From assembly GCA_965205865.1 (NCBI GenBank), contig CBDBHR010000030.1:928001-992000 (forward strand): a DNA stretch of 64,000 bases, given 5' to 3'. Made by a program: the position numbers and the translations under genes. Below are positions 9,048-18,126 of this stretch, piece after piece. The notes under the pieces are model-generated. The model was not told the origin of the DNA. It did not search any database and was given only the letters and a program-made list of their open reading frames with translations. Within the stretch, counting starts at the first letter, position 1; each line of letters begins with the position of its first letter. This DNA comes from a bacterium. Its GTDB lineage: Bacteria; SAR324; NAC60-12.

Positions 9048-9109
9048 ATTCCGTGCTTAAATCGAAGGGGTCTCTAAAGAAACCTAAATAGTTACAAATT
9101 GAGAAATGA

Positions 9110-9157
9110 ATGACAAAAAGAGAACTGGAAAAACTATTAAAGGAGGCTGGATTCGTC
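9110..9157 (+). pseudogene. hicA: Truncated second hicA copy
   Basis: MTKRELEKLLKEAGFV, then an abrupt junction to unrelated DNA. Confidence 0.65.
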
Positions 9158-9309
9158 CGTTCACCCTCTGCCCCCAAACCAATCGCTTCCAAATGCTGCT
9201 TTGGCACCAAGCAGTCAAGCTCGCCAGTATCGACTAAGAACAATCCTTCCCAAGTCCTGTCCGGATCCGCAGGATTGCGAAAGGTTGCGGTTACATGAGT
9301 CAATCCCAT
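9158..9309 (-). pseudogene. Clan AA (retropepsin-like) aspartic protease, N-terminal fragment
   Basis: MGLTHVTATFRNP...FLVDTG; truncated at the hicA junction. Confidence 0.65.
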
Positions 9310-9441
9310 TAAACATACCTTTCTAACTCGAAGAGCGATCTACATAATTTTCAACTTTCTCACTGAGCATCCTGAGAGTCCAACGCTCATGACCTTCCGG
9401 ACTTTCATAACAGGCAGAGGTATCGAATTCTTATCCGGACT

Positions 9442-9618
9442 CACTGCCGTCGAACCGTGCTTTTCGTTCCCACGGCCTTCAGCAGAACGGCCGGCAACTT
9501 CTTCAGTTCTTCGTTGCGCGGGTTCACCTCGAATCCGCCGGATTCCAAAGCGGTAACGCCGAGCAATGGCTCCGCCCCTTCATCCCCGTACGCGACAGTC
9601 CCGCCAACGATTTCTCTC
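9442..9618 (-). pseudogene. Clan AA aspartic protease, C-terminal fragment
   Basis: EIVGGTVAYGDEGAEPLLGVTALESGGFEVNPRNEELKKLPAVLLK. Confidence 0.55.
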
Positions 9619-9857
9619 TAAATTCAGGCAATCGCCGAATTCACCGACATTGCCTGAACTTTCCTTGATGCCAATGATGTTCGCTTGTCGTGAGAGTGCT
9701 TCGACATTTCCCTGTCCGGATTGATGAACAAATCCTGTCTGCTACTCTACCCTTTGGTTGTCAGACGACCGATTTTCGTACGAGATTGAGAGGTTGCGCT
9801 TTTTCGGCAATTGGAAGCGCTACAAGACTGTTTGTCCGGGAGATTGGAATGAAATAA

Positions 9858-9986
9858 GGAAGGAGAGGGTTCCCGCTTGATCGATTGAACAATACCCTGG
9901 GAGGAAGTGAAGTGATGGATCCTCCCCGGGAATCTTTTTTCACCGATATTGAAATAAACGGGTTTTTCAGAAACCTGAATAGTTAC
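9858..9986 (-). repeat. IS66-end-derived module
   Basis: GTAACTATTCAGGTTTCTGAAAAACCCGTTTATT..., similar to 7130-7250 and 47240-47401. Confidence 0.8.
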
Positions 9987-10041
9987 GTTCAAATTATGAT
10001 AAACTTCATTACTATCACAACCCTCGGAGACTGTCTGTTTT

Positions 10042-10257
10042 ACATAGTAACTATCTGGACTTTGGACATTCGATTTGTTCTTTTAATTTTTATTATACAA
10101 TAATATCAGTTGGTTGAAATTCTGTAAAAAATTAATACAGGTTGCTGTTTTCCGTTTTTGATGATACGACCTGTATTAATTCCAATACAGATTCGTAAGA
10201 CATTGATTTTATTAAACCCAAAAGTTGGATAAAATGTTCAAAGTCGAGTAACTATGT
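10042..10257. mobile_element. Possible MITE (AT-rich, imperfect TIRs)
   Basis: ACATAGTAAC..GACTTTGGACATT versus AATGTTCAAAGTCGAGTAACTATGT. Confidence 0.45.
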
Positions 10258-10306
10258 GGATGGCGAAAATAAGTTTAAAGCTATTCACATCCGACAATAT
10301 GCGCAT

Positions 10307-10383
10307 GTGTCGTTCCGGGCTCGACCCGGAATCCGGGTGGCTTTTAGTGAACCCTGGATGCCGGATCAAGTCCGGCATGACAC
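10307..10383. repeat. REP-like palindromic doublet
   Basis: GTGTCGTTCCGGGCTCGACCCGGAATCC...GGATGCCGGATCAAGTCCGGCATGACAC. Confidence 0.7.
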
Positions 10384-10677
10384 TGAAGCTGTAAACAAAT
10401 TTTTGCCACAGTCTACTAGCGAATAATTTATAATAATTTTAGTTAGTTACAAAAAAGAATACGATGCGGAATATAACAGGGTTTTGAAGGGGCCTGCTAT
10501 CCCCATCAATATGGGTACTATTCCCCCTTTACCTACACCTGGATAGACAAAGAATAAGTTCAAAAAGGACCGAGAGTCTGAAGGCAGTGCTGCCGTCTGA
10601 GGCGGTGGCACGGCCGATTTTATGAATGTTTGTTCGTGTACAGCTGTACACACTCATGCTTTAACAGGATTAAAACA

Positions 10678-12000
10678 ATGAATACGCATCAAACTCCCCC
10701 AGAATTCCTGCCTGAGAATGTACAGGCGAACAGCCCCGAAGACGAACAGCTTTATACCCACCTGCTCAAGGCAAATGAACCGCGCCAAAGTTTTGCCGGG
10801 CAAGGCTTTGTTTTTACGCCCAGCACCTCTGGCAATGAGAACGGCGTGGACCTGAATGACGACTCGCTGTATTACAACACGCAAGGGAGCGCCAAGGAGT
10901 ACTGGGCCGCTCACGGGCCACTTCCTGCTCCGACTAAAGATCTGCGTCAGCTTCGCAACGACTTCCGCGAGTTTGGTTATTGTTTGATTGAAGAGGCCCT
11001 CAGCAAAGAGCAGTTGAGCACCATACGCACCAGGGTAGTGGAGCAGGCGGCAGGAGAATGCCTGGCCGGGGTCGGGTTCCATTATGCAGGGGGGGCCGGG
11101 ACCGGAAAGACGACACATGCTACGCAGTTTGTTACCTGCCTGGTCAACAAAGGCGACTGCTTCCGGGGATTCATGGAGCACGACCCTGCAGTGGTTCAGG
11201 CCGGCCCTTTGATTGAGCAACTGCTCAACGAGACGGTTGGGCATGACTTCATCATTACATCATTTATCTCCATCATCGCTTCTCGAGGCGGGCACCCGCA
11301 ATCGTTGCACCAAGACAGCGGCCAACTGCAAACCGAAGCCCCGCTGCTGTGCAACCACCTTGTGTTTTTGGACGACGTGAACTATTTCAACGGAGGCACC
11401 ATGATTGTACCCCGCAGCCACAAAATTCTATATCAAAGTGGCAATCACAGGCCCGTTAAGCAACTCCCACCGGCCATCAGTCTCGAGGCCAGGGCCGGGA
11501 CCATCATGATGATGGACGGTCACACCCTTCATGGAACCGGCATCAACCAAACTGAAAAACCGCGGCACGTCCTGGTCATGGCCTGCATGAAACCATGGAT
11601 GAGGACCCAGGAAATCTTTCCATTCAGTCTGGACCCCGAAGTGTTGGCCAACGCCTCCTTAAAGCTGTTACAACGACTTTGTTTCGTGGGTAATGGTATC
11701 GGTGGGATTGAAGGCCATGGTCAGGAGCCAGGGGTTCTTCGTGGTATGCGGCAGGCCATGGATGCGGGAAACTACGTGCGTATCGGCGAACTCAGCCCTT
11801 CCTCCGGCAAAGAAGAACTCACCCGAGATTATACGTGGCGGTCAACGACGACGGGGTGGAGAGCCGCGCTGAATCAGCCGGAAAGGCGATATCCCGCGGA
11901 AAAGCTCTGGGAAAGCAATGACCCGCTGGAACAGACTCCGGTGGATGAGCGACACAAGGTCTTACAGGAGGCAACACAAAGCAAGATGGAAAGTCATTGA
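10678..12000 (+). CDS. Phytanoyl-CoA dioxygenase (PhyH)-family Fe(II)/2-oxoglutarate dioxygenase
   Basis: FGYCLIEEAL, QSLHQD (HxD), NGGTMIVPRSH and TLHGTG (distal His) motifs. Confidence 0.8.
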   Translation: MNTHQTPPEFLPENVQANSPEDEQLYTHLLKANEPRQSFAGQGFVFTPSTSGNENGVDLNDDSLYYNTQGSAKEYWAAHGPLPAPTKDLRQLRNDFREFGYCLIEEALSKEQLSTIRTRVVEQAAGECLAGVGFHYAGGAGTGKTTHATQFVTCLVNKGDCFRGFMEHDPAVVQAGPLIEQLLNETVGHDFIITSFISIIASRGGHPQSLHQDSGQLQTEAPLLCNHLVFLDDVNYFNGGTMIVPRSHKILYQSGNHRPVKQLPPAISLEARAGTIMMMDGHTLHGTGINQTEKPRHVLVMACMKPWMRTQEIFPFSLDPEVLANASLKLLQRLCFVGNGIGGIEGHGQEPGVLRGMRQAMDAGNYVRIGELSPSSGKEELTRDYTWRSTTTGWRAALNQPERRYPAEKLWESNDPLEQTPVDERHKVLQEATQSKMESH

Positions 12001-12344
12001 AAAACTCTAATATTGAAATTCTAACAATGCTATCTTTAGATTAAACGAATGGAAAAGGGAGGGTAACCCCCCCCCCAATACATTACCGCGGAGATCATCG
12101 ACCTGCATGGAGGCTACGGGGCCAAGGTATGATCTCGCTATTCCTAGACGGAGGTTTTATGGGAAAAGTTCAACAAAACCCGATACCCAAACAAGAGATA
12201 CCGACCGAATTCCTCATTGCCCACGCGCGGACTGCCATACGTGTAGCAGGCGGCTAGCGAATCACGTTCCAATTCTTCGCATGCGACTACTGCAAGAGCG
12301 CCACCTTCCTCTTTTTATTCAGAATTGCTCAACTCGAATAAGAG

Positions 12345-12656
12345 TTAAAGCAGGGACGCCAGGCTCGGTAATTTTTGAGCAATATTGACTGCTGTTTTTC
12401 CGAGAGCTTTCACTTGTTTCACCAAGGCGGCCTGGTCGAGATTTTGTTGCGTCGCTTCCTGCACGAGCGCAATCATGCGTTCATACTCTTTCTGGTCAGT
12501 GACACCGGGCGTAATAGCGTCGATTGCTTCGGGAGACAGGGCGCGCAATTCTTTGTAAGTCTGCGCATGAGATCCTTGCAGCGTCGCTTCAGCGCGGTCC
12601 GCAGCACGTTCCATCTCCGCAAACATGGATTTTAAATCTATTGAGGGCATTGTCAC
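12345..12656 (-). CDS. Hypothetical alpha-helical protein
   Basis: 103-aa ORF with a strong SD (AAGGAG), co-oriented with the upstream gene. Confidence 0.65.
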   Translation of the reverse strand: MTMPSIDLKSMFAEMERAADRAEATLQGSHAQTYKELRALSPEAIDAITPGVTDQKEYERMIALVQEATQQNLDQAALVKQVKALGKTAVNIAQKLPSLASLL

Positions 12657-12702
12657 CTACTCCTTGATATTTTGTTCCAATTCAGAATTTCAAATCGTAA
12701 TT

Positions 12703-13536
12703 TCAGTGAAGCAATTCAGCTTTTAGCGCCTCGATTTTTTCATCGATTTCCTTCACTTTTTCCGCGGCGTCTTGCAAAGTCGTATTGATCTCACGTCCCT
12801 TGGCGACGAATTCGGCTATCCGGTTTGATATGTTGGCGGTCGTCACTATGATTTTTTCACGCACATTCTCGAGCCCGACTTGCGCGAGAATTTCGTTCTG
12901 CGTATCACGAACATTTCGCACAGACGCCAAATGCCCGACAACGACAGCATGCGCTGCCTGTATCTGGTGATGCGCCGCGTCGATTTCGGCAATTACGCGA
13001 CGTTGCTGTTCCGCAACCGGCGTAAGAATCTCTTTCCTTTTCTTTTCAATGCGCTCCGTTGCGACCTGTACGAATTGTGTCATCACGGGTAGAAGTGAAT
13101 CAGGATCGGATTTGATGATTTTGCGTATTTTCGAGGCGAGTTTGAATTCTTTTGCGAAGGCCTTTATAAATTCTCGCCGGTAAGTCTCGTCGATAAAGTG
13201 ATTGATGTCTGTTTCAATCTTAGCGAAATGTAACTGCGCCAACTCCCTGTGAGCCCTGTGAACCTCTTCGAGGTCCCTACCGACGGTGTTCGACAACTCG
13301 AGCATCTCTCGCGTTGAGGTGTCACATGCCGTAAATGCGACAGCGACGACAATGCATACCAAATACAACAACACTTCAAAGTCGATGCTATTTTTCTGAT
13401 CAATCAACATTCGAGAACACCCAAATTCCTTGCTTCGCTTTTTCAGTAAAATTTCAGCTTTCACCAAGTACGTCATGCTGACCTCGATTCGTCTCAGTTC
13501 CAACATCATTTTATTCTTTGTACTTAAAAAACTCAC
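12703..13536 (-). CDS. Hypothetical coiled-coil lipoprotein (start uncertain, probably downstream of 13536)
   Basis: Hydrophobic stretch ending in lipobox-like AFTAC, followed by a long helical region. Confidence 0.65.
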   Translation of the reverse strand: MSFLSTKNKMMLELRRIEVSMTYLVKAEILLKKRSKEFGCSRMLIDQKNSIDFEVLLYLVCIVVAVAFTACDTSTREMLELSNTVGRDLEEVHRAHRELAQLHFAKIETDINHFIDETYRREFIKAFAKEFKLASKIRKIIKSDPDSLLPVMTQFVQVATERIEKKRKEILTPVAEQQRRVIAEIDAAHHQIQAAHAVVVGHLASVRNVRDTQNEILAQVGLENVREKIIVTTANISNRIAEFVAKGREINTTLQDAAEKVKEIDEKIEALKAELLH

Positions 13537-13537
13537 G

Positions 13538-13709
13538 CCTGAATCCTGTAATCAGATGACAATCAAACATGAAATGGTAATATACTCAAATAGTTAACAC
13601 AGGAATCAACATTTTGAAAGATCACATTTTCATGAAGAACAAAGGTAGCACAAGATCGGCAAGAACATCAGTAAAAAATATCAATATCAGCCAGGGAGGC
13701 AGAGACCTC
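13538..13709 (+). mobile_element. Truncated IS1380 left end
   Basis: Similar to 48260-48432 (TIR, promoter region and the first transposase codons). Confidence 0.85.
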
Positions 13710-13751
13710 CCCTAGCCCCAAATACGCAATTATTTTACCCAACAGCTTCTT

Positions 13752-14441
13752 GTGGAACACCAGCCTATGAGCCCTTTGCAGGATTCTTTTTATGACCGGG
13801 ATGCGCGAGTCGTTGCCCGTGAATTGCTGGGGAAGGTTATCCGGCACCACTGCCAGGGTATCTGGTTGTCTGCCATGATTGTAGAAACAGAAGCATATTA
13901 TCAGAGAGAAAGAGGCAGTCATGCGTCATTGGGATTCACTGAAAAACGCAAAGCCCTTTTTATGGCGCCAGGTACCATCTACATGTACTATGCCCGTGGT
14001 GGAGATTCGTTGAACGTGAGCTGTCGAGGAGCCGGAAATGCCGTATTGATCAAGGCATGTTCTCTCTATTGTGATAAAAAGACGCCGCCTCAAATGATCC
14101 ACGTGATGCAGCAGCGCAATCCCCCCAATAATAGTCTGCGACCTCGAGCCCTCCATCGTATCTGTTCCGGACAAACTCTGCTCTGTCGATCGTTGGGGCT
14201 GAAGGTCCCTGAATGGGATCAAAAACCTTTCGACCCCACCTGTTTTCTGGTGGATGACGTCGGATATCGTCCTCAAAAACTTATTCAATCCCGCCGTTTG
14301 GGAATTCCCAAAGGACGTGATGAGCATTTGCTTTACCGATGGATCGATTTCGATAAAGCCGCTTCTGCCACGAGCAACCCCTTACGCAAACGAAGCTACC
14401 AAGAAGGGAGAGACTACAAAATTGTGAGGGTCGCCTATTGA
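13752..14441 (+). CDS. mpg: DNA-3-methyladenine glycosylase (AAG/MPG type)
   Basis: FYDRDARVVARELLGK, IVETEAY, GTIYMY and AVLIKA motifs. Confidence 0.9.
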   Translation: MEHQPMSPLQDSFYDRDARVVARELLGKVIRHHCQGIWLSAMIVETEAYYQRERGSHASLGFTEKRKALFMAPGTIYMYYARGGDSLNVSCRGAGNAVLIKACSLYCDKKTPPQMIHVMQQRNPPNNSLRPRALHRICSGQTLLCRSLGLKVPEWDQKPFDPTCFLVDDVGYRPQKLIQSRRLGIPKGRDEHLLYRWIDFDKAASATSNPLRKRSYQEGRDYKIVRVAY

Positions 14442-14541
14442 GGAGATGTATGTTTTTGACATACTTAAGGAGGCGTTGGAATGCTCCCACAACTTGATCC
14501 GCAACCCCTTACCCCTTCATGCGAATTTGCTGAGATGCCGC

Positions 14542-14820
14542 TTAAAATCCCCCTGCAATGGAAGGAACGATTTGGATGTTGTCTCCCGATTCGATTTTGG
14601 TATCCAAATTTTCCGCATAGCGAATGTCTTCATCATTGAGATACACATTGATGAAACTGCGCACTTTTCCATTTTCTTCATATAGATGCTGTTTCAGCTC
14701 CTGATATTGTTCACACAACCCCTGAAATGCTTCGCCCACTGTGGCGCCTTCCACGAGAATCTCGTTCTGATTGTTCGCATATTTTTGCAATGCAGAGGGA
14801 ATTTCGATGATTGCAGACAT
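14542..14820 (-). CDS. MoaD/ThiS/CysO-type ubiquitin-like sulfur carrier
   Basis: INVYLNDEDIR, C-terminus VPSIAGGF; directly downstream of cysteine synthase. Confidence 0.9.
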   Translation of the reverse strand: MSAIIEIPSALQKYANNQNEILVEGATVGEAFQGLCEQYQELKQHLYEENGKVRSFINVYLNDEDIRYAENLDTKIESGDNIQIVPSIAGGF

Positions 14821-14857
14821 AAACCTCCTTGAGTGAATCAGTTAACAATACTTCTGG

Positions 14858-15769
14858 TTAGTCATCCCAAAAGCGTTCTTCAAGATATTTGTCCCCATTG
14901 TCGGGAATAATCGTGACCACTATGTCTTCGGGATGCTCCTCCGCGACCTGCAGTGCGGCTACCACGGCCGCTCCGCCGGAAATTCCAATCAGGATTCCTT
15001 CCTGCAATGCCAGCGCTTTTAGCATTTGGTAGGCATCCTCGGTTCGGCATACCATTTTTCGGTCTGCAAAGTGGGGGTCATAAAATTCGGGAACAATGGC
15101 CGTTTCCATGTGCTTTAAACCTTCCAACCCGTGAAACGGCGAATCGGGTTGCACTTCAATCGCCCGGATCCGGGAATTGATTGATTTCAAATATCGTCCC
15201 ACACCCATAAATGTCCCGGACGTACCCAAGGTGGCGACAAAATGGCTGACCCGGCTCCGGGTTTGCTTATAAATTTCAGGGCCGGTCGTCTCAAAATGCG
15301 CTTTCCAGTTATTTTCATTGCTGTATTGATCGGGATAGTAATAGTGTTCCGGATGATCGGCATAGAGTTGTCGAACCGTTTCGATGGCGCCATCCGATCC
15401 TCTCAATGGATCGCTAAAAACGAGTTCCGCTCCATAAACCCGCAAGATGCGGATTCGAGAGGCGGTGACGTTGCCGGGAATACACAATTTGACTTTGTAG
15501 CCCAGCAATGCGCCAATCATGGCATATGCAATCCCCGTGTTCCCGGACGTTGCGTCGAGAATGATCTTTTCCGCAGTCAATTCTCCCGAATCGATGGCAC
15601 TCTTCACCATATGAAAGGCAGCACGGTCTTTCACGGAACGCCCCGGATTGTACCACTCTGCTTTGGCGTACAAATTTCCCCGGGGGCAGATTTTTGCCAA
15701 ATGCAAAAGAGGCGTATTCCCGATTGATTTTAGATAATTGACACCAATGCCATTGTTGTTTAAAGTCAT
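14858..15769 (-). CDS. cysM: PLP-dependent cysteine synthase (CysM-like)
   Basis: IGNTPL, NPGRSVKDR, ATSGNTG, GTSGT and DKYL motifs. Confidence 0.9.
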   Translation of the reverse strand: MTLNNNGIGVNYLKSIGNTPLLHLAKICPRGNLYAKAEWYNPGRSVKDRAAFHMVKSAIDSGELTAEKIILDATSGNTGIAYAMIGALLGYKVKLCIPGNVTASRIRILRVYGAELVFSDPLRGSDGAIETVRQLYADHPEHYYYPDQYSNENNWKAHFETTGPEIYKQTRSRVSHFVATLGTSGTFMGVGRYLKSINSRIRAIEVQPDSPFHGLEGLKHMETAIVPEFYDPHFADRKMVCRTEDAYQMLKALALQEGILIGISGGAAVVAALQVAEEHPEDIVVTIIPDNGDKYLEERFWDD

Positions 15770-15980
15770 TTCAGAAATAATTTACCCGGAAAGCGGAGAT
15801 TGACACATCATAGTTGGAGCTGACTTCTTTTATTTCAAGGGACTATCTACTGCCGCCTTTGCGGTATTCGGGATATTCGAATTCTGGCTCAAAAAGCAGA
15901 TCATATTGAAGCAAAATTGATTTTATTGCAATAATGATTGAATTTTATTTTATTTAAAATCGTCAACAACGAAGAAGGCT

Positions 15981-17393
15981 ATGAAGGATTTTGAATTCTT
16001 TGAGCAACTGTATCAATATTTGTCGAATCTCCCACAATTCTCGCAACTGCAAAGATACAAGGACTCTTCCCTTATCGTCTCTGAAATCCCGAAACCGACG
16101 GTGCTCTATGACATTTATTTGGACAGGCTCCTGAGCCTCCTGGAAATTCCCCGAAACTCCGTCTCGCGCCATAAAGAGTTGTATTTTCTTTACCAATTGA
16201 TTCGTACGGTCGATCCTCACTACTTCACAAAGGAGTTGCTATCAGATGCTCTTTTCCGGTGTTATTCCCTGACGCCCCATCAAAAAAAACTCTTGCTCAA
16301 ATTCCTCTTTGCGTTTTTTGAGGTGCTGGTGCAATCCGAATTTTTCAAAACCGGCGACACTCACGTCACGGAGGAAGAGTTGGAAAAATGGCAACGCGCC
16401 CTTCCCGAGGGAAATGCCTGGAAAGTTGCTGAAATGTTTCGGGATTGGGGTGCCGGACTTGCTGTCAGTTGGTCCGGGTATCGCGTCTGGCACCGCTATA
16501 AACATGGCACTCTGCCTGCCGCTACCGATGACCCTTGGCGGTGGCGGCAGCTTTGCGCCGCTTGGGCTGATAAACAGAATGAATCCCAAATCTATCCGGA
16601 CCTGCTGGCCCAGGCATTTTCCGGAGAGTTTTCCCATCTGGGAATCCGGGGATATTGTGGAGAAACGCCTGATTGTCTCCATTGCCCCTTGCAAACCTCC
16701 TGTGATTGGAACAACAAGGCTTATTCGCTTGTAGAAAAGGAGGCGGTACCCGTAGTCATTCAGAAGCAAAAGATCGATGAGTTGTCAACTGCAACATTGG
16801 CTGCCTGGTTGTTTGCCGTAGAACAGCAGGATTACGAAAAATTGGAGAGCCAACTCTCCGAGAAACAAAACTCTTCACAAAATCCATTGCGCGCTCTGGA
16901 TCAAAAAACGGTCTATGAATTGGGAGAGACCCTGCCTCGGGTGGAATTGTTTGGCGAGAAAATGAAAGCGCTGCTGGAATTGTGCAAGCGTTACAACGAA
17001 GAAAAATTGATTCCCGGCGATCCATTCAGTTGCAGCGCGGATATTTTTCAGCATTTCCGATTTCAACTGCGTGATCTCAAGCAGGAAGTCTTCATTTTAG
17101 TCCTGCTCGATAACAAACACCAGTACCTCATCGAAAAAATAATTACCAAAGGGACCCTCAACAAAAGCCTGGTCCATCCACGAGAAGTGTTCAGTGCGGC
17201 TATAGAAAACCGGGCAGCGGCAATTATCTGCGTCCACAATCACCCCTCGGGAGATCCCAAAGCCTCGGAGGATGATATTCAAATCACTCGACGCCTGCAA
17301 GAGGTCGGAAAAATCGTCGGAATTCCTTTGTTGGATCATATCATTGTCGGCAACGACCGCCATTTCAGCTTTGCCGACGAAGGGTTGTTGTGA
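15981..17393 (+). CDS. radC: RadC-like JAB domain protein with a long N-terminal extension
   Basis: C-terminal KQEVF, VHPREVF, HNHPSGDPKASEDD and LLDHII motifs. Confidence 0.85.
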   Translation: MKDFEFFEQLYQYLSNLPQFSQLQRYKDSSLIVSEIPKPTVLYDIYLDRLLSLLEIPRNSVSRHKELYFLYQLIRTVDPHYFTKELLSDALFRCYSLTPHQKKLLLKFLFAFFEVLVQSEFFKTGDTHVTEEELEKWQRALPEGNAWKVAEMFRDWGAGLAVSWSGYRVWHRYKHGTLPAATDDPWRWRQLCAAWADKQNESQIYPDLLAQAFSGEFSHLGIRGYCGETPDCLHCPLQTSCDWNNKAYSLVEKEAVPVVIQKQKIDELSTATLAAWLFAVEQQDYEKLESQLSEKQNSSQNPLRALDQKTVYELGETLPRVELFGEKMKALLELCKRYNEEKLIPGDPFSCSADIFQHFRFQLRDLKQEVFILVLLDNKHQYLIEKIITKGTLNKSLVHPREVFSAAIENRAAAIICVHNHPSGDPKASEDDIQITRRLQEVGKIVGIPLLDHIIVGNDRHFSFADEGLL

Positions 17394-17974
17394 AAAACGT
17401 GCAGGATCACTATTTCCACAGAGCGAAGAAAGAAGGGTACGTGGCCCGCTCTGTCTATAAATTGCAGGAAATCGATCAAAAACACCGCCTGTTGAAAAAA
17501 CGGGACCGGGTTCTGGATTTGGGATGCGCGCCGGGGTCATGGTTACAATACGCTGCCCGCAAAGTTGGTTCCCAGGGTGATGTGCTGGGTTTGGACGTCA
17601 TGCCGGTGACAATTGCGCTTCCTCCTCACGTCAACCTGCTGCAGTCCGACATATTCGAATACCAGACCGCTGAAACCCATTGGCGCTATTTTGATATCAT
17701 TCTCAGTGATATGGCTCCTCGCACCACCGGCATCTCCTCTGTCGATTGCCAACGTTCTTACAATCTATGTGAACAAGCCCTCCATCTGTCGGGACAAGTT
17801 CTCAGACCGAACGGTTCCTTGCTCGTGAAAATGCTGCAGGGAGACTTGTTATCGCAGCTACGCCAGCAGTTTCAGAAACAATTTCAAACCGTCAAAATTT
17901 GCAAGCCTCCCAGTTCCCGGCAGGAAAGCGTGGAAATTTTTCTCCTCGGAAAAGAATATCGTTGTCCTCAATGA
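17390..17974 (+). CDS. rlmE: 23S rRNA Um2552 methyltransferase (RlmE/FtsJ)
   Basis: YVARSVYKL, LDLGCAPGSW, SDMAP and SRQESVE motifs. Confidence 0.9.
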   Translation: MKNVQDHYFHRAKKEGYVARSVYKLQEIDQKHRLLKKRDRVLDLGCAPGSWLQYAARKVGSQGDVLGLDVMPVTIALPPHVNLLQSDIFEYQTAETHWRYFDIILSDMAPRTTGISSVDCQRSYNLCEQALHLSGQVLRPNGSLLVKMLQGDLLSQLRQQFQKQFQTVKICKPPSSRQESVEIFLLGKEYRCPQ

Positions 17975-18126
17975 AATATTGTATTCCGCGTTTGCATCTT
18001 CTATCTCGACAAAGTAAAAGACTCGAGGAACGAGTCGGAGACCAAACACTTTAAAGAAAATCTCTTCATGGCAAACAAAGAGACATGATCGCGAGATCAA
18101 AAAATAGATCACAAATCCAAAAGAAA

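Larger units (their letters stand above)
7130..9095 (-). mobile_element. IS66-family composite unit
   Basis: TIRs GTAACTATTTAGGT / ACCTAAATAGTTAC; 8-bp TSD AAATTGAG at 7122-7129 and 9096-9103; the empty site is visible at 534-541. Confidence 0.9.

Noticed and set aside
15790..15960. SAM or other riboswitch upstream of cysM
   Set aside because: Only a small hairpin (CCGC-aaag-GCGG); no known aptamer consensus.
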